From assembly GCA_002269645.1 (NCBI GenBank), contig NIVC01000944.1, positions 186,001 to 250,000 on the forward strand: DNA of 64,000 bases. Reading direction: 5' to 3'. Positions within the stretch are counted from its first letter, which is position 1. The number at the start of each line of letters is the position of its first letter. Below the pieces are notes generated by a model, which had not been told where the DNA came from, did not search any database, and saw nothing but the letters and a program-made list of their open reading frames with translations. This document shows positions 51,767 through 64,000 of the stretch, in pieces. A program made the translations under genes and the position numbers. This DNA is from Macrostomum lignano. Lineage: Eukaryota.

Positions 51767-54700
51767 TCAGGTGAAGAAGTACTGCATCTCCTCCTCCTCC
51801 CTGTTCAGCCGCTCGTTCTCCCCGTCGTCCTTCTTGCGCACCGCGGGCGGGTTGCTGCGCGCCATGACCCGGCGGCCCTCGTACTTCTTGGGAGGCTCCT
51901 TCGCGCGCTCCAGGGCGCGGCGCACGCGCTCCTCCTGGCGCAGGCGCTCCTGCTCCTTCTTGTCCTCGCGGGCCTTCAGCCGGCGCTCCTTGTCTTTGGA
52001 CTGCGGCGGGCGGCAGGGTGGGGGTCAACAGAACGGCAATGATAAAATTTGAATTCGCGCGAAAAGTTAAAATACGCTTTGTAGTTACTGCAGCGAAAAG
52101 CAGGCACAGAGTTCCGAGTTTGCGGCTTAAATTGGCACCACCATTTTTTACTAGAGGCAGGGACTGTGTGCACCTGGCGTACTTGAAGCGACATAGGCAC
52201 ACAACCGGCGAGAGGCATTGCTGCCCATTCCGCCGACTCCCCTGAGCAGGCACACAAGCGCGCGGATACGTACGCAGGCACACACTCACACAGGAGTGTA
52301 CAGCGGCCCTAATGTTATTTATCGTTAGGCATGTACACTTCACCGTGCCTGTGTCGTCTAGCAGTTCAAAACCATGAAAGCCAAGAGTGTACATGCCTGA
52401 CGATTAGAAAGTCAGGGCCACTGTACACGCTGTGTGAGCTGTGTGTATGAGTTGGTGCCTGCATACAGTATTGGCGCACTTGTGTGTGCTCAGGTGTCAG
52501 TGGAATGAGCAGGATTGGGTAGCCGCAGCTCTCCTGCGGTTATTATTATTTTCCATGGCTAGCGGTCTCGTCATCTCACCTTTTGAGCAGCTTCCACCAG
52601 CTCAGGCGGCAGCAGCTCCAGGGTCTGGAACAGGTACTCAATGCGGTTCTCGATGTCCGTGAGCATCTGCAGGGTGCTGGAGTGACAGGTAGGTGAAATG
52701 TCTGTGAGGCACAATGCGATAGAGATTTTGTTCGACACCAAGACTAATACACTAAAACTAAACTAGCAGAACAAAGACTTAAAATAGACAGTGAAAAATC
52801 CGTGCAATTTATTTGATCGTGCAAGTCAGCGGCACGATGCGGCAGCTCCAGTCTACGTACAGAGTGTGAAAGTTCGGTTCTAATGCAGCTCTGAGGCTGA
52901 GACCTGTTCGAAGTCTGGCTACTGCGGTGCTTTGAGCAGGCAGTCGGTGAGTGATTGACTGGGTGCACAACTTAGTGACCTTTAACGGCCCCTGTGCGTT
53001 GCTTGTGGAAGCTTTGGACAGGCAGATGGCATAGGACTCAGCATTCACGACCCATTTCTACATGACTCACTTCCATTCACGATCCATTTCTACATGACTC
53101 ACTTCCATTCACGACCCATTTCTACATGACTCACTTCATTCACGACCCATTTCTACATGACTCACTTCCATTCACGACCCATTTCTACATCACTCACTTC
53201 ATTCACGACCCATTTCTACATGACTCACTTCATTCACGACCCATTTCTACATGACTCACTTCCATTCACGACCCATTTCTACATGACTCACTTCATTCAC
53301 GACCCATTTCTACATGACTCACTTCATTCACGACCCATTTCTACATGACTCACTTCCATTCACGACCCATTTCTACATCACTCACTTCCATTCACGACCC
53401 ATTTCAACATGACTCACTTCATTCTTGACCCATTTCTACATGACTCACTTCATTCTTGACCCATTTCTACATGACTCACTTCCATTCACGACCCATTTCT
53501 ACATGACTCACTTCCATTCACGACCCATTTCTACATGACTCACTTCCATTTACGACCCATTTCCACATCACTCACTTCCATTCACGACCCATTTCTACAT
53601 GACTCACTTCATTCTTGACCCAGCTTCACCATCTGCACATCAGCATCATGTGTTGCAATCTCAGTTAAGCATGAGGAAGCCACCTGAGCCACACAACATT
53701 CACAGCCCATTCCATCACGTGACCGACTGCAGCCCAGACTGCTGCTGTCCAAGCAGTCCCCATGCAGAGTCTGAGAGCGCAGCCGCCGCACTCACTCCAG
53801 CGGATTGATCATCCGCTTGCCGTCCTGGCGCGTTGGCGCGCTTCCGCCGCCGACCTCGTCGCTAATTAAATTTGAATTCCCAGGGATTTTGTTAATATTG
53901 GCTTGTTTCAATTTCTCCCAAGCAAATTTTACGGGTTGTTTTGTTTCACGGGTTGATGAGCAGTAAAATAAAAAGGTGGTAATTTGAAATATTGAAAAGC
54001 AAACATAAAAGCGGACCAAGTCCTGTTTTACTTAAGCAATGCTCATTTGGCAACTTGTGCTCACCTGATGCTGGCCTCATTATCGCCGAAGCAGGCCCTG
54101 TACACCTCCTCCACCTTGCCGTTCAGGCTCTGCAGCATCTCCTCCTGTTCCTCTGCGTCCAGCTTCCCGAATGAGAACAGCCTGTGGGTTGATGGGGAAC
54201 TCACTGATGAGGCCAGGGGCAGCTGAGGTCACTGACAGCTGGGAGAAGGGTCAGCTGAGGTCACTGACAGCTGGGAGACAGGGGCAGCTGAGGTCACTGA
54301 CAGCTGGGAGACAGGGGCAGCTGAGGTCACTGACAGCTGGGAGACAGGGGCAGCTGAGGTCACTGACAGCTGGGAGACAGGGGCAGCTGAGGTCACTGAC
54401 AGCTGGGAGACAGGGGCAGCTGAGGTCACTGACAGCTGGGAGACAGGGGCAGCTGAGGTCACTGACAGCTGGGAGACAGGGTCAGCTGAGGTCACTGACA
54501 GATGGGAGACAGGGTCAGCTGAGGTCACTGACAGCTGGGAGACAGGGGCAGCTGAGGTCACTGACAGATGGGAGACAGGGTCAGCTGAGGTCACTGACAG
54601 CTGGGAGACAGGGGCAGCTGAGGTCACTGACAGCTGGGAGACAGGGTCAGCTGAGGTCACTGACAGCTGGGAGACAGGGGCAGCTGAGGTCACTGACAGC

Positions 54701-55198
54701 TGGGAGACAGGGTCAGCTGAGGTCACTGACAGCTGGGAGACAGGGTCAGCTGAGGTCACTGACAGCTGGGAGACAGGGTCAGCTGAGGTCATAGTCGGAG
54801 CCACTCACTTGCACTTGATCTCCAGCTCCCGAGCCTTGGACTCCTCGCGCTCGATGGACTTGTTGAGCTTGTCGATTTGCTCGTTGAGCGTCTTGGTCTC
54901 CCTGTCCATCCGGCGGCTGAGGATCTGGTTGGACTGGCGCAGCTCCTCCAGGGTCTCCTCGGACTCCTGGCAGTTCTGGATGAGGTTCAGGTTGGACTCC
55001 TCCAGCTCGGTGAAGATCTGCAGCAGCTCCTGCGGCTTGCTGAAGTAAAGCTCCAGGTCCTGCGGGCGCGGTTGGGTAACTGATTGACTGACTGACTGAC
55101 TGACTGACTGACTGACTGACTGACTGACTGACTGACTGACTGACTGACTGACTGACTGACTGACTGACTGACTGACTGACTGACTGACTGACTGACTG

Positions 55199-55235
<37 letters not shown>

Positions 55236-55345
55236 TTAACTAATTAACTAACTAACTGACTAACCAACTAACTAACTAACTAACTAAATAACTAACTAAC
55301 TGACTAACCAACTAACTAACTAACAAACTAACTAACTAAATAACC

Positions 55346-55416
<71 letters not shown>

Positions 55417-58400
55417 AAACAAACAAACTAACTAACTAAATAACTAACTAACTGACTAACCAACTAACTAACTAACTCACCTCCTCATCATCGCTCTCCA
55501 CCTCGGCCAAGAACCGCTCCAGGGCAGCCCGGCTGTTCTCATCCTCATCCAGGGCCCTGGACAGTAGATGAGCAATAGAAATCGAGCGTTTAAATTCGTG
55601 CGAACAGAAACATACAAGTTTAAACAAACGAAAATTTATACGGAAGCGACAGTGGCGGAGAGTTTACTGAATTTCTGGCTCAGTTCATCAACTACTACTG
55701 GCAGCAATAACACGAGAGCTGATAGGTGTTACTAAATAAACATACTTTGACTCCAAAGACTCGCTAAAAAATAAAAATCATCCGAAGCTCGGAAACTTTA
55801 AAAACCGAACAGCTTTTAACAAAAAGATAAACACAGTCACAGTAGCGCCTGTTTGGCGCAATATACCTTTTTTTAAACTCTTAGTCAGCATTTAGTCAGC
55901 CTAAAAGCGATGGGCTGCAAAGCGCATTCACCTGCTGATGAGATTCGCTAGTTGGGTCGGGGAATCAGTAGAGTCAGAGGCCAAGCCAAGGGAGAGTCTG
56001 GGTAGTCAGCTGGAATTTGAAGAGAGTCAAGAGGGTCAGGTCAGGAAGGTCTTGGGAGATTGGGAGATTGGGAGATTGGGGGAGCTTCAGAGAGAGAGTC
56101 AGGGAGAGTCAGGAGGGTCAGAGAGAGTCAGGAGGGTCAGGGAGAGTCAGGAGAGTCAGGGAGAGTCAGGAGGGTCAGGGAGAGTCTGGAGGGTCAGGGA
56201 GAGTCAGGAGGGTCAGGGAGAGTCAGGAGGGTCAGGGAGAGTCAGGAGTGTCAGGGAGAGTCAGGAGGGTCAGGGAGAGTCAGGAGGGTCAGGGAGAGTC
56301 AGGGAGGGCAGGAAGGAGAGTCGGGAGGGCAGGAGGGAGAGTCAGGAGGGTCAGGAGGGTCAGGGAGAACCAGGAAGGGCACGAGAGAGAGTCAGGGAGA
56401 ATCAGGAGGGTCTGAGAGAATCAGGAGTCTGGGGAGTCAGAAGGGTCAACGGAGAGTCGTGAGGGTCAGGGAGAGTCAGGAGGGTCAGTGAGAGTCAGGA
56501 GGGTCAGGGAGAGTCAGGAGGGTCAGGGAGAGTCAGGAGGGTCTGGGAGAGTCAGGAGGGTCAGGGAGAGTCAGGAGGGTCAGGGAGAGTCAGGAGGGTC
56601 AGAGAGAGTCAGGAGGGTCAGGGAGAGTCAGGAGGGTCAGGGAGAGTCTGGAGGGTCAGGGAGAGTCAGGAGGGTCAGAGAGAGTCAGGAGGGTCAGGGA
56701 GAGTTAGGAGTGTCAGGGAGAGTCAGGAGGGTTAGAGAGAGTCAGGAGGGTCAGGGAGAGTCAGGGAGGGCAGGAGGGAGAGTCAGGAGGGTCAGGAGGG
56801 TCAGGGAGAACCAGGAAGGGCAGGAGAGAGAGTCAGGGAGAATCAGGAGGGTCTGAGAGAATCAGGAATCTGGGGAGTCAGAAGGGTCAGGGAGAGTCAG
56901 GAGGGTCAGGGAGAGTCAGGAGGGTCAGGGAGAGTCAGGAGGGTCAGGGAGAGTCAGGAGGGTCAGGGAGAGTCAGGAGGGTCAGGGAGAGTCAGGAGGG
57001 TCAGAGAGAGTCAGGAGGGTTAGAGAGAGTCAGGAGGGTCAGGGAGAGTCAGGAGGGTCAGGGAGAGTCAGGAGGGTCAGGGAGAGTCAGGAGGGTTAGA
57101 GAGAGTCAGGAGGGTCAGAGAGAGTCAGGAGGGTCAGGGAGAGTCAGGAGGGTTAGAGAGAGTCAGGAGGGTCAGAGAGAGTCAGGAGGGTTAGAGAGAG
57201 TCAGGAGGGTCAGGGAGAGTCAGGAGGGTCAGGGAGAGTCAGGAGGGTTAGAGAGAGTCAGGAGGGTCAGGGAGAGTCAGGAGGGTCAGAGGGGTTAAGG
57301 GAGTCAGAGGAAACCACAGGAGTCTTTGAGTCAGGGGGATCAGGTGGTCAGCAGTCACCCAGCATCCGGTATCTGCAACCCCGGGTTCCCCAGCACCACA
57401 GGCAAGACAAATCGAGCGCTCAGCCAGCAGGAAGCTGCGCACCGCCTCAGAGAACAACAAAGAGAACTGAACGACATTTCAAAGCAGCGGAGGGGCAGCC
57501 GCGCAAGCAGAAAAAACTGACAGGCGCTTTCTTTCGGCCGCCCTGCGCCGCAGCCTTCCGACTGCGCTGAGGGCGCCAAGGGTGGCCAGGAGGCCCGCGC
57601 CGCCCCCCGCTGCGGGAGACGGCGGCGAGCGGCTGATGAAGGGCGCCGACGACCGTCCGCTCCTGAGGATTCGGGCAGGGAGTTCAGTGCAGCCGCCGCG
57701 GCTTCTGGCTGCCCAGAGCGGCGGACTCCGGGCTTCTCTGCTGAGTTCTTCATGGCACTGCGTCTGTGACTGCTGCCTGGGCCTGCCTCCAGCCTCTCTG
57801 CCTCTTTGGCTCCCTGCCTCCCTGCCTCCCTGCCTCTCTGCCTCCCTGCCTCCCTGCCTCCCTGCCTCCCTGCCTCGCTACCTCCCTGCCTCTCTGCCTC
57901 TCTGCCTCGCTACCTCCCTGCCTCTTTGCCTCTCTGCCTCTTTGGCTCCCTGCCTCTGCCTCCCTGCCTCTGCCTCCCTGCCTCTCTGCCTCTCTGCCTC
58001 CCTGCCTCTTTGCCTCCCTGCCTCTCTGCCTCCCTGCCTCTCTGCCTCTCTGCCTCGCTACCTCCCTGCCTCTTTGCCTCTCTGCCTCTTTGGCTCCCTG
58101 CCTCTGCCTCCCTGCCTCTGCCTCCCTGCCTCTCTGCCTCTCTGCCTCCCTGCCTCTTTGCCTCCCTGCCTCTTTGCCTCCCTGCCTCTCTGCCTCCCTG
58201 CCTCTCTGCCTCCCTGCCTCTCTGCCTCCCTGCCTCGCTACCTCCCTGCCTCTCTGCCTCTCTGCCTCGCTACCTCCCTGCCTCTCTGCCTCTCTGCCTC
58301 TTTGGCTCCCTGCCTCTGCCTCCCTGCCTCTGCCTCCCTGCCTCTCTGCCTCTCTGCCTCCCTGCCTCTTTGCCTCCCTGCCTCTCTGCCTCCCTGCCTC

Positions 58401-61400
58401 TCTGCCTCTCTGCCTCGCTACCTCCCTGCCTCTTTGCCTCTCTGCCTCTTTGGCTCCCTGCCTCTGCCTCCCTGCCTCTGCCTCCCTGCCTCCCTGCCTC
58501 TCTGCCTCCCTGCCTCTCTGCCTCTCTGCCTCGCTACCTCCCTGCCTCTTTGCCTCTCTGCCTCTTTGGCTCCCTGCCTCTGCCTCCCTGCCTCTGCCTC
58601 CCTGCCTCTCTGCCTCTCTGCCTCCCTGCCTCTTTGCCTCCCTGCCTCTCTGCCTCCCTGCCTCTCTGCCTCCCTGCCTCTCTGCCTCCCTGCCTCTCTG
58701 CCTCCCTGCCTTTCTGCCTCCCTGCCTCTCTGCCTCCCTGCCTCTCTGCCTCCCTGCCTCTCTGCCTCCAGCCTCTCTGCCTCTCTGCCTCCCTGCCTCT
58801 CTGCCTCCAGCCTCTCTGCCTCTCTGCCTCCAGCCCCTCTGCCTCCCTGCCTCTGCCTCCCTGCCTCTCTGCCTCTCTGCCTCCCTGCCTCTTTGCCTCC
58901 CTGCCTCTTTGCCTCCCTGCCTCTCTGCCTCCCTGCCTCTCTGCCTCCCTGCCTCTGCCTCCCTGCCTCTCTGTCTCTCTGCCTCCCTGCCTCTTTGCCT
59001 CCCTGCCTCTCTGCCTCCCTGCCTCTCTGCCTCTCTGCCTCCCTGCCTCCCTGCCTCTCTGCCTCCCTGCCTCTTTGCCTCCCTGCCTCTCTGCCTCCCT
59101 GCCTCTCTGCCTCCCTGCCTCTCTGCCTCCCTGCCTCTTTGCCTCTCTGCCTCTCTGCCTCCCTGCCTCTCTGCCTCCCTGCCTCTCTGCCTCCAGCCTC
59201 TCTGCCTCTCTGCCTCCAGCCCCTCTGCCTCCCTGCCTCTCTGCCTCCCTGCCTCTTTGCCTCCCTGCCTCTCTGCCTCCCTGCCTCTCTGCCTCCAGCC
59301 TCTCTGCCTCTCTGCCTCCAGCCCCTCTGCCTCCCTGCCTCTGCCTCCCTGCCTCTCTGCCTCTCTGCCTCCCTGCCTCTTTGCCTCCCTGCCTCTCTGC
59401 CTCCCTGCCTCTCTGCCTCCCTGCCTCTCTGCCTCCCTGCCTTTCTGCCTCCCTGCCTCTCTGCCTCCCTGCCTCTCTGCCTCCCTGCCTCTCTGCCTCC
59501 AGCCTCTCTGCCTCTCTGCCTCCAGCCCCTCTGCCTCCCTGCCTCTCTGCCTCCCTGCCTCTCTGCCTCCCTGCCTCTCTGCCTCCCTGCCTCCCTGCCT
59601 CTCTGCCTCCAGCCTCTCTGCCTCTCTGCCTCTCTGCCTCTCTGCCTCCCTGCCTCTCTGCCTCTCTGCCTCTCTGCCTCCCTGCCTCCCTGCCTCTTTG
59701 CCTCCCTGCCTCTTTGCCTCCCTGCCTCTCTGCCTCCCTGCCTCTCTGCCTCCCTGCCTCTCTGCCTCCCTGCCTTTCTGCCTCCCTGCCTCTCTGCCTC
59801 CCTGCCTCTCTGCCTCCCTGCCTCTCTGCCTCCAGCCTCTCTGCCTCTCTGCCTCCAGCCCCTCTGCCTCCCTGCCTCTCTGCCTCCCTGCCTCTTTGCC
59901 TCCCTGCCTCTCTGCCTCCCTGCCTCTCTGCCTCCAGCCTCTCTGCCTTTCTGCCTCCAGCCCCTCTGCCTCCCTGCCTCTGCCTCCCTGCCTCTCTGTC
60001 TCTCTGCCTCCCTGCCTCTTTGCCTCCCTGCCTCTCTGCCTCCCTGCCTCTCTGCCTCCCTGCCTCTCTGCCTCCCTGCCTTTCTGCCTCCCTGCCTCTC
60101 TGCCTCCCTGCCTCCCTGCCTCTACCTCTTTGCCTCCCTGCCTCTCTGCCTCCCTGCCTCTTTGCCTCCCTGCCTCTCTGCCTCCCTGCCTCTCTGCCTC
60201 CAGCCTCTCTGCCTCTCTGCCTCCAGCCCCTCTGCCTCCCTGCCTCTGCCTCCCTGCCTCTCTGCCTCTCTGCCTCCCTGCCTCTTTGCCTCCCTGCCTC
60301 TCTGCCTCCCTGCCTCTCTGCCTCCCTGCCTCTCTGCCTCCCTGCCTTTCTGCCTCCCTGCCTCTCTGCCTCCCTGCCTCTCTGCCTCCCTGCCTCTCTG
60401 CCTCCAGCCTCTCTGCCTCTCTGCCTCTACCTCTCTGCCTCCCTGCCTCTCTGCCTCCCTGCCTCTCTGCCTCCCTGCCTCCCTGCCTCTCTGCCTCCCT
60501 GCCTCTCTGCCTCCAGCCTCTCTGCCTCTCTGCCTCTCTGCCTCCCTGCCTCTCTGCCTCCCTGCCTCTCTGCCTCTCTGCCTCCCTGCCTCTTTGCCTC
60601 CCTGCCTCTCTGCCTCCCTGCCTCTCTGCCTCCCTGCCTCTCTGCCTCCCTGCCTTTCTGCCTCCCTGCCTCTCTGCCTCCCTGCCTCTCTGCCTCCCTG
60701 CCTCTCTGCCTCCAGCCTCTCTGCCTCTCTGCCTCTACCTCTCTGCCTCCCTGCCTCTCTGCCTCCCTGCCTCTCTGCCTCCCTGCCTCCCTGCCTCTCT
60801 GCCTCCCTGCCTCTCTGCCTCCAGCCTCTCTGCCTCTCTGCCTCCCTGCCTCTCTGCCTCCCTGCCTCTCTGCCTCCCTGCCTCTCTGCCTCCCTGCCTC
60901 CCTGCCTCTCTGCCTCCCTGCCTCTCTGCCTCCAGCCTCTCTGCCTCTCTGCCTCTGTGCCTCCCTGCCTCTCTGCCTCCAGCCTCTCTGCCTCTCTGCC
61001 TCTCTGCCTCCCTGCCTCTCTGCCTCCCTGCCTCCCTGCCTCTCTGCCTCTTTGGTTCCCTGCCTCCCTGCCTCTCTGCCTCCCTGCCTCTCTGCCTCCC
61101 TGCCTCTCTGCCTCCCTGCCTCCCTGCCTCCCTGCCTCCCTGCCTCCCTGCCTCAGCCTCCCTGCCTCGCTGCCCTCAGCCTCCCTGCCTCTGCCTCCCT
61201 GCCTCTCTGCCTCCCTGCCTCTCTGCCTCCCTGCCTCTCTGCCTCCCTGCCTCTGCCTCCCTGCCTCTACCTCCCTGCCTCTGCCTCCCTGCCTCTGCCT
61301 CCCTGCCTCTCTGCCTCCCTGCCTCCCTGCCTCTCTGCCTCCCTGCCTCTCTACCTCCCTGCCTCTCTGCCTCCAGCCTCTCTGCCTCCCTGCCTCTCTG

Positions 61401-64000
61401 CCTCCAGCCTCTCTGCCTCTCTGCCTCTCTGCCTCTCTGCCTCCCTGCCTCTCTGCCTCCCTGCCTCCCTGCCTCTCTGCCTCTTTGGTTCCCCGCCTCC
61501 CTGCCTCTCTGCCTCTCTGCCTCTCTGCCTCCCTGCCTCTCTGCCTCCAGCCTCTCTGCCTCCAGCCTCTCTGCCTCCAGCCTCTCTGCCTCCCTGCCTC
61601 TCTGCCTCCAGCCTCTCTGCCTCCAGCCTCTCTGCCTCCCTGCCTCCCTGCCTCTCTGCCTCCAGCCTCTCTGCCTCCCTGCCTCCCTGCCTCTCTGCCC
61701 TCAGCCTCCCTGCCTCTGCCTCCCTGCCTCTCTGCCTCCCTGCCTCTCTGCCTCTCTGCCTTCAGCCTCCCTGCCTCTCTGCCTCCCTGCCTCTCTGCCT
61801 CCCTGCCTCTACCTCCCTGCCTCTACCTCCCTGCCTCTGCCTCCCTGCCTCTGCCTCCCTGCCTCTCTGCCTCTCTGCCTCCCTGCCTCTCTGCCTCCCT
61901 GCCTCCCTGCCTTTCTGCCTCCCTGCCTCCCTGCCTCTCTGCCTCCCTGCCTCTGCCTCCCTGCCTCTGCCTCCCTGCATCTGCCTCCCTGCCTCTGCCT
62001 CTCTGCCTCTCTGCCTCCCTGCCTCCCTGCCTCTCTGCCTCCCTGCCTCCCTGCCTCTCTGCCTCCCTGCCTCCCTGCCTCTCTGCCTCCTCTGCCTCCC
62101 TGCCTCAGCCTCCCTGCCTCTCTGCCTCCCTGCCTCTGCCTCCCTGCCTCTCTGCCCTCTGCCTCCCTGCCTCTGCCTTCAGCCTCCCTGCCTCTCTGCC
62201 TCCCTGCCTCCCTGCCTCCCTGCCTCTCTGCCTCTGCCTCCCTGCCTCCCTGCCTCCCTGCCCCTGCCTCCCTGCCTCTCTGCCTCCCTGCCTCTGCCTC
62301 CCTGCCTCTCTGCCTCCCTGCCTCTGCCTTCAGCCTCCCTGCCTCTGCCTTCAGCCTCCCTGCCTCTGCCTTCAGCCTCCCTGCCTCTCTGCCTTCAGCC
62401 TCCCTGCCTCTCTGCCTCCCTGCCTCTGCTTCCCTGCCTCTCTGCCTCCCTGCCTCTGCCTTCAGCCTCCCTGCCTCTGCCTTCAGCCTCCCTGCCTCTG
62501 CCTTCAGCCTCCCTGCCTCTGCCTTCAGCCTCCCTGCCTCTGCCTTCAGCCTCCCTGCCTCTCTGCGTTCAGCCTCCCTGCCTCTCTGCCTTCAGCCTCC
62601 CTGCCTCTCTGCCTTCAGCCTCCCTGCCTCTCTGCGTTCAGCCTCCCTGCCTCTCTGCCTTCAGCCTCCCTGCCTCTCTGCGTTCAGCCTCCCTGCCTCT
62701 CTGCCTCCCTGCCTCTGCCTTCAGCCTCCCTGCCTCTGCCTTCAGCCTCCCTGCCTCTGCCTTCAGCCTCCCTGCCTCTGCCTTCAGCCTCCCTGCCTCT
62801 GCCTTCAGCCTCCCTGCCTCTCTGCCTCCAACACACTGTCTCCAACACACTGTCTCCTTCAAATATCAGTGTCTCCCTCTGTTACCTGAGCATCTTGATC
62901 TCACTGTCTCCCTCTAATCTCACTGTCTCCCTCTAATCTCACTGTCTCCCTCTAATCTCACTGTCTTCCTCTAATCTCACTGTCTCCCTCTAATCTCACT
63001 GTCTCCCTCTAATCTCACTGTCTCCCTCTAATCTCACTGTCTCCCTCTAATCTCACTGTCTCCCTCGTCGATTTTCTTCCGTCTCTCCCTTTTGTATACT
63101 ACTACTCACAATGAACGATGCAGCACATAATTTTTACTGTAAAATTTGATAAAATTTAAAAGTGCATCAGAAAAACCAGTTGCAATGTCCCCGCCGGTCC
63201 GCAGCCCAGCCCAGCTCACTTCAGCGAGGTGCCGGTCTTCTCCTTCTGCTGCGAGCTGCTGCCGGCCGCTCCCGCCGACTCCTTGATGGACACCCGGCCC
63301 GCCCTGCTGGCCTTGCTGGCCCGGCTCACGTCCGTCTTCTCCCGGTCCGCCGCCCCCGGAGCTGCCGAGGTTGCCGTGGCCGCCTTTGCCGCCGCCTTCG
63401 CCTCCTTGCGGGCGCGGCGCCGCTGGCGCTCCTCCTCGGGCATGAGCCGCTCCAGGAACTCCTTGTAGGCCAGGTACTCGCGCAGCTGCTCCTCGAACTT
63501 GGTGATCTCCGACTTCATCTGCGTGAGCTGGGCGTTCAGCCGTTTGATCTCGTTCACCTTCTGCAGCTTCGCCTTCGCCTCCTCATCAGCTCTGCGGGTT
63601 TGAAGTGGTTGGTCTGGGGGTGTTGCTCCGGATTGGGAAGGGTGTTGCTCCGGATTGGGAAGGGTGTTGCTCCGGATTGGGAAGGGTGTTGCTCCGGATT
63701 GGGAAGGGTGTTGCTCCGGATTGGGAAGGGTAGTGAAGGGTATTGCTATGGGTTCTAAGTGGGTATTGCTAGAAAAGTCTTTGTGTCTGAGGAAATTGCT
63801 TTGACTAATAGCTCGTATGCAGTATTAAGCAAATCCGAACGGAACTCCAATATTGGGGTGGCGAGTTTCACAGGCCGCTCACATGCGAATGGCCTCGGCA
63901 GAGTTCTTGTTGTTCTCCTTCAGGAACTCGTCGAACATGGACGCGTCCTCCTCCAGGTACTGCTCCGCCATCTCCAGCTTCTTCTCCTCGGCCGCTGCCA
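51767..64000 (-). CDS. CFAP100: Cilia- and flagella-associated protein 100 (CCDC37; DUF4200 family), 5' part outside the window
   Basis: Exons 63883->64000 ([31 protein letters not shown]), 63220-63591, 57359-57757 (internal structure uncertain), 55481-55556, 54809-55059 ([37 protein letters not shown]), 54065-54181, optional 53796-53861, 52580-52676 ([15 protein letters not shown]), 51767-52000 ([11 protein letters not shown]...[10 protein letters not shown]). All phases are compatible. Confidence 0.88.
53041..53621 (+). repeat. 31-32-bp minisatellite x~18 in a CFAP100 intron
   Basis: CATTCACGACCCATTTCTACATGACTCACTT(C) repeated. Confidence 0.96.
54216..54790 (+). repeat. 33-bp minisatellite x~17 in a CFAP100 intron
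   Basis: CAGCTGAGGTCACTGACAGCTGGGAGACAGGGG repeated. Confidence 0.97.
55079..55476 (+). repeat. Compound (CTGA)n-(CTAA)n microsatellite filling a CFAP100 intron
   Basis: Directly visible; abuts the donor at 55480. Confidence 0.97.
56089..57290 (+). repeat. 20-bp purine-rich minisatellite (GAGAGTCAGGAGGGTCAGGG) in a CFAP100 intron
   Basis: Directly visible; a variant block at about 56300-56450 recurs at about 56760-56890. Confidence 0.96.
57770..62828 (+). repeat. ~5.1-kb pyrimidine-rich (CCTG/CCTCTCTG/CCTCC) complex satellite in a CFAP100 intron
   Basis: Directly visible; source of three 1700-aa spurious ORFs. Confidence 0.98.
62899..63064 (+). repeat. 19-bp tandem repeat (CTCTAATCTCACTGTCTCC) x~8.5
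   Basis: Directly visible. Confidence 0.95.
63617..63728 (+). repeat. 22-bp tandem repeat (GGGTGTTGCTCCGGATTGGGAA) x5
   Basis: Directly visible; in the CFAP100 intron 63592-63882. Confidence 0.95.

Noticed and set aside
53041-54790. 31-33-bp repeats as a possible CRISPR array
   Set aside because: Head-to-tail repeats without unique spacers, no cas genes, eukaryotic intron context.
54171-54804. [11 protein letters not shown] and [11 protein letters not shown] repeat ORFs
   Set aside because: 33-bp minisatellite lying wholly between well-supported CFAP100 splice sites.
55938-56856. [12 protein letters not shown] repeat ORFs
   Set aside because: 20-bp intronic minisatellite on the antisense strand.
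57582-62936. Three 1700-aa L/P/C/S/A ORFs on the plus strand
   Set aside because: By-product of a C/T/G-only satellite that cannot form stop codons; antisense to a CFAP100 intron; all three frames are open.

Overview
Eukaryotic, intron-rich invertebrate genomic DNA: GC-rich exons, GT-AG introns, and many introns filled with mini/microsatellites. The style is compatible with a flatworm such as Macrostomum, but that cannot be proven from the sequence. 216-27622 (+): one giant mosaic extracellular-protein gene, open at both ends. I traced 55 exons by hand (~13.9 kb coding, ~4600 aa): a Sushi/CCP-like array, a central WSC / C-type-lectin / discoidin-like block, and a second Sushi-like array built from a duplicated six-exon supermodule. 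27.7-35.5 kb: AT-rich DNA with nested non-autonomous DNA transposons. Then: a B-type cyclin (+, with a GC-AG intron), a stanniocalcin-like-domain, probably GPI-anchored protein (+, one frameshift), a calmodulin-like gene (-), two tandem two-exon paralogues encoding small secreted precursors (-), and the 3' part of CFAP100/CCDC37 (-). The most novel-looking signal is the paralogue pair at 47358-49514. Both read signal peptide - acidic propiece - QQKW - variable cationic cargo - conserved coiled-coil-like tail, and one carries an (LPRIR)n repeat suggestive of an antimicrobial peptide precursor. No database searches were run; family calls rest on recognised motifs, and coordinates were counted by eye.
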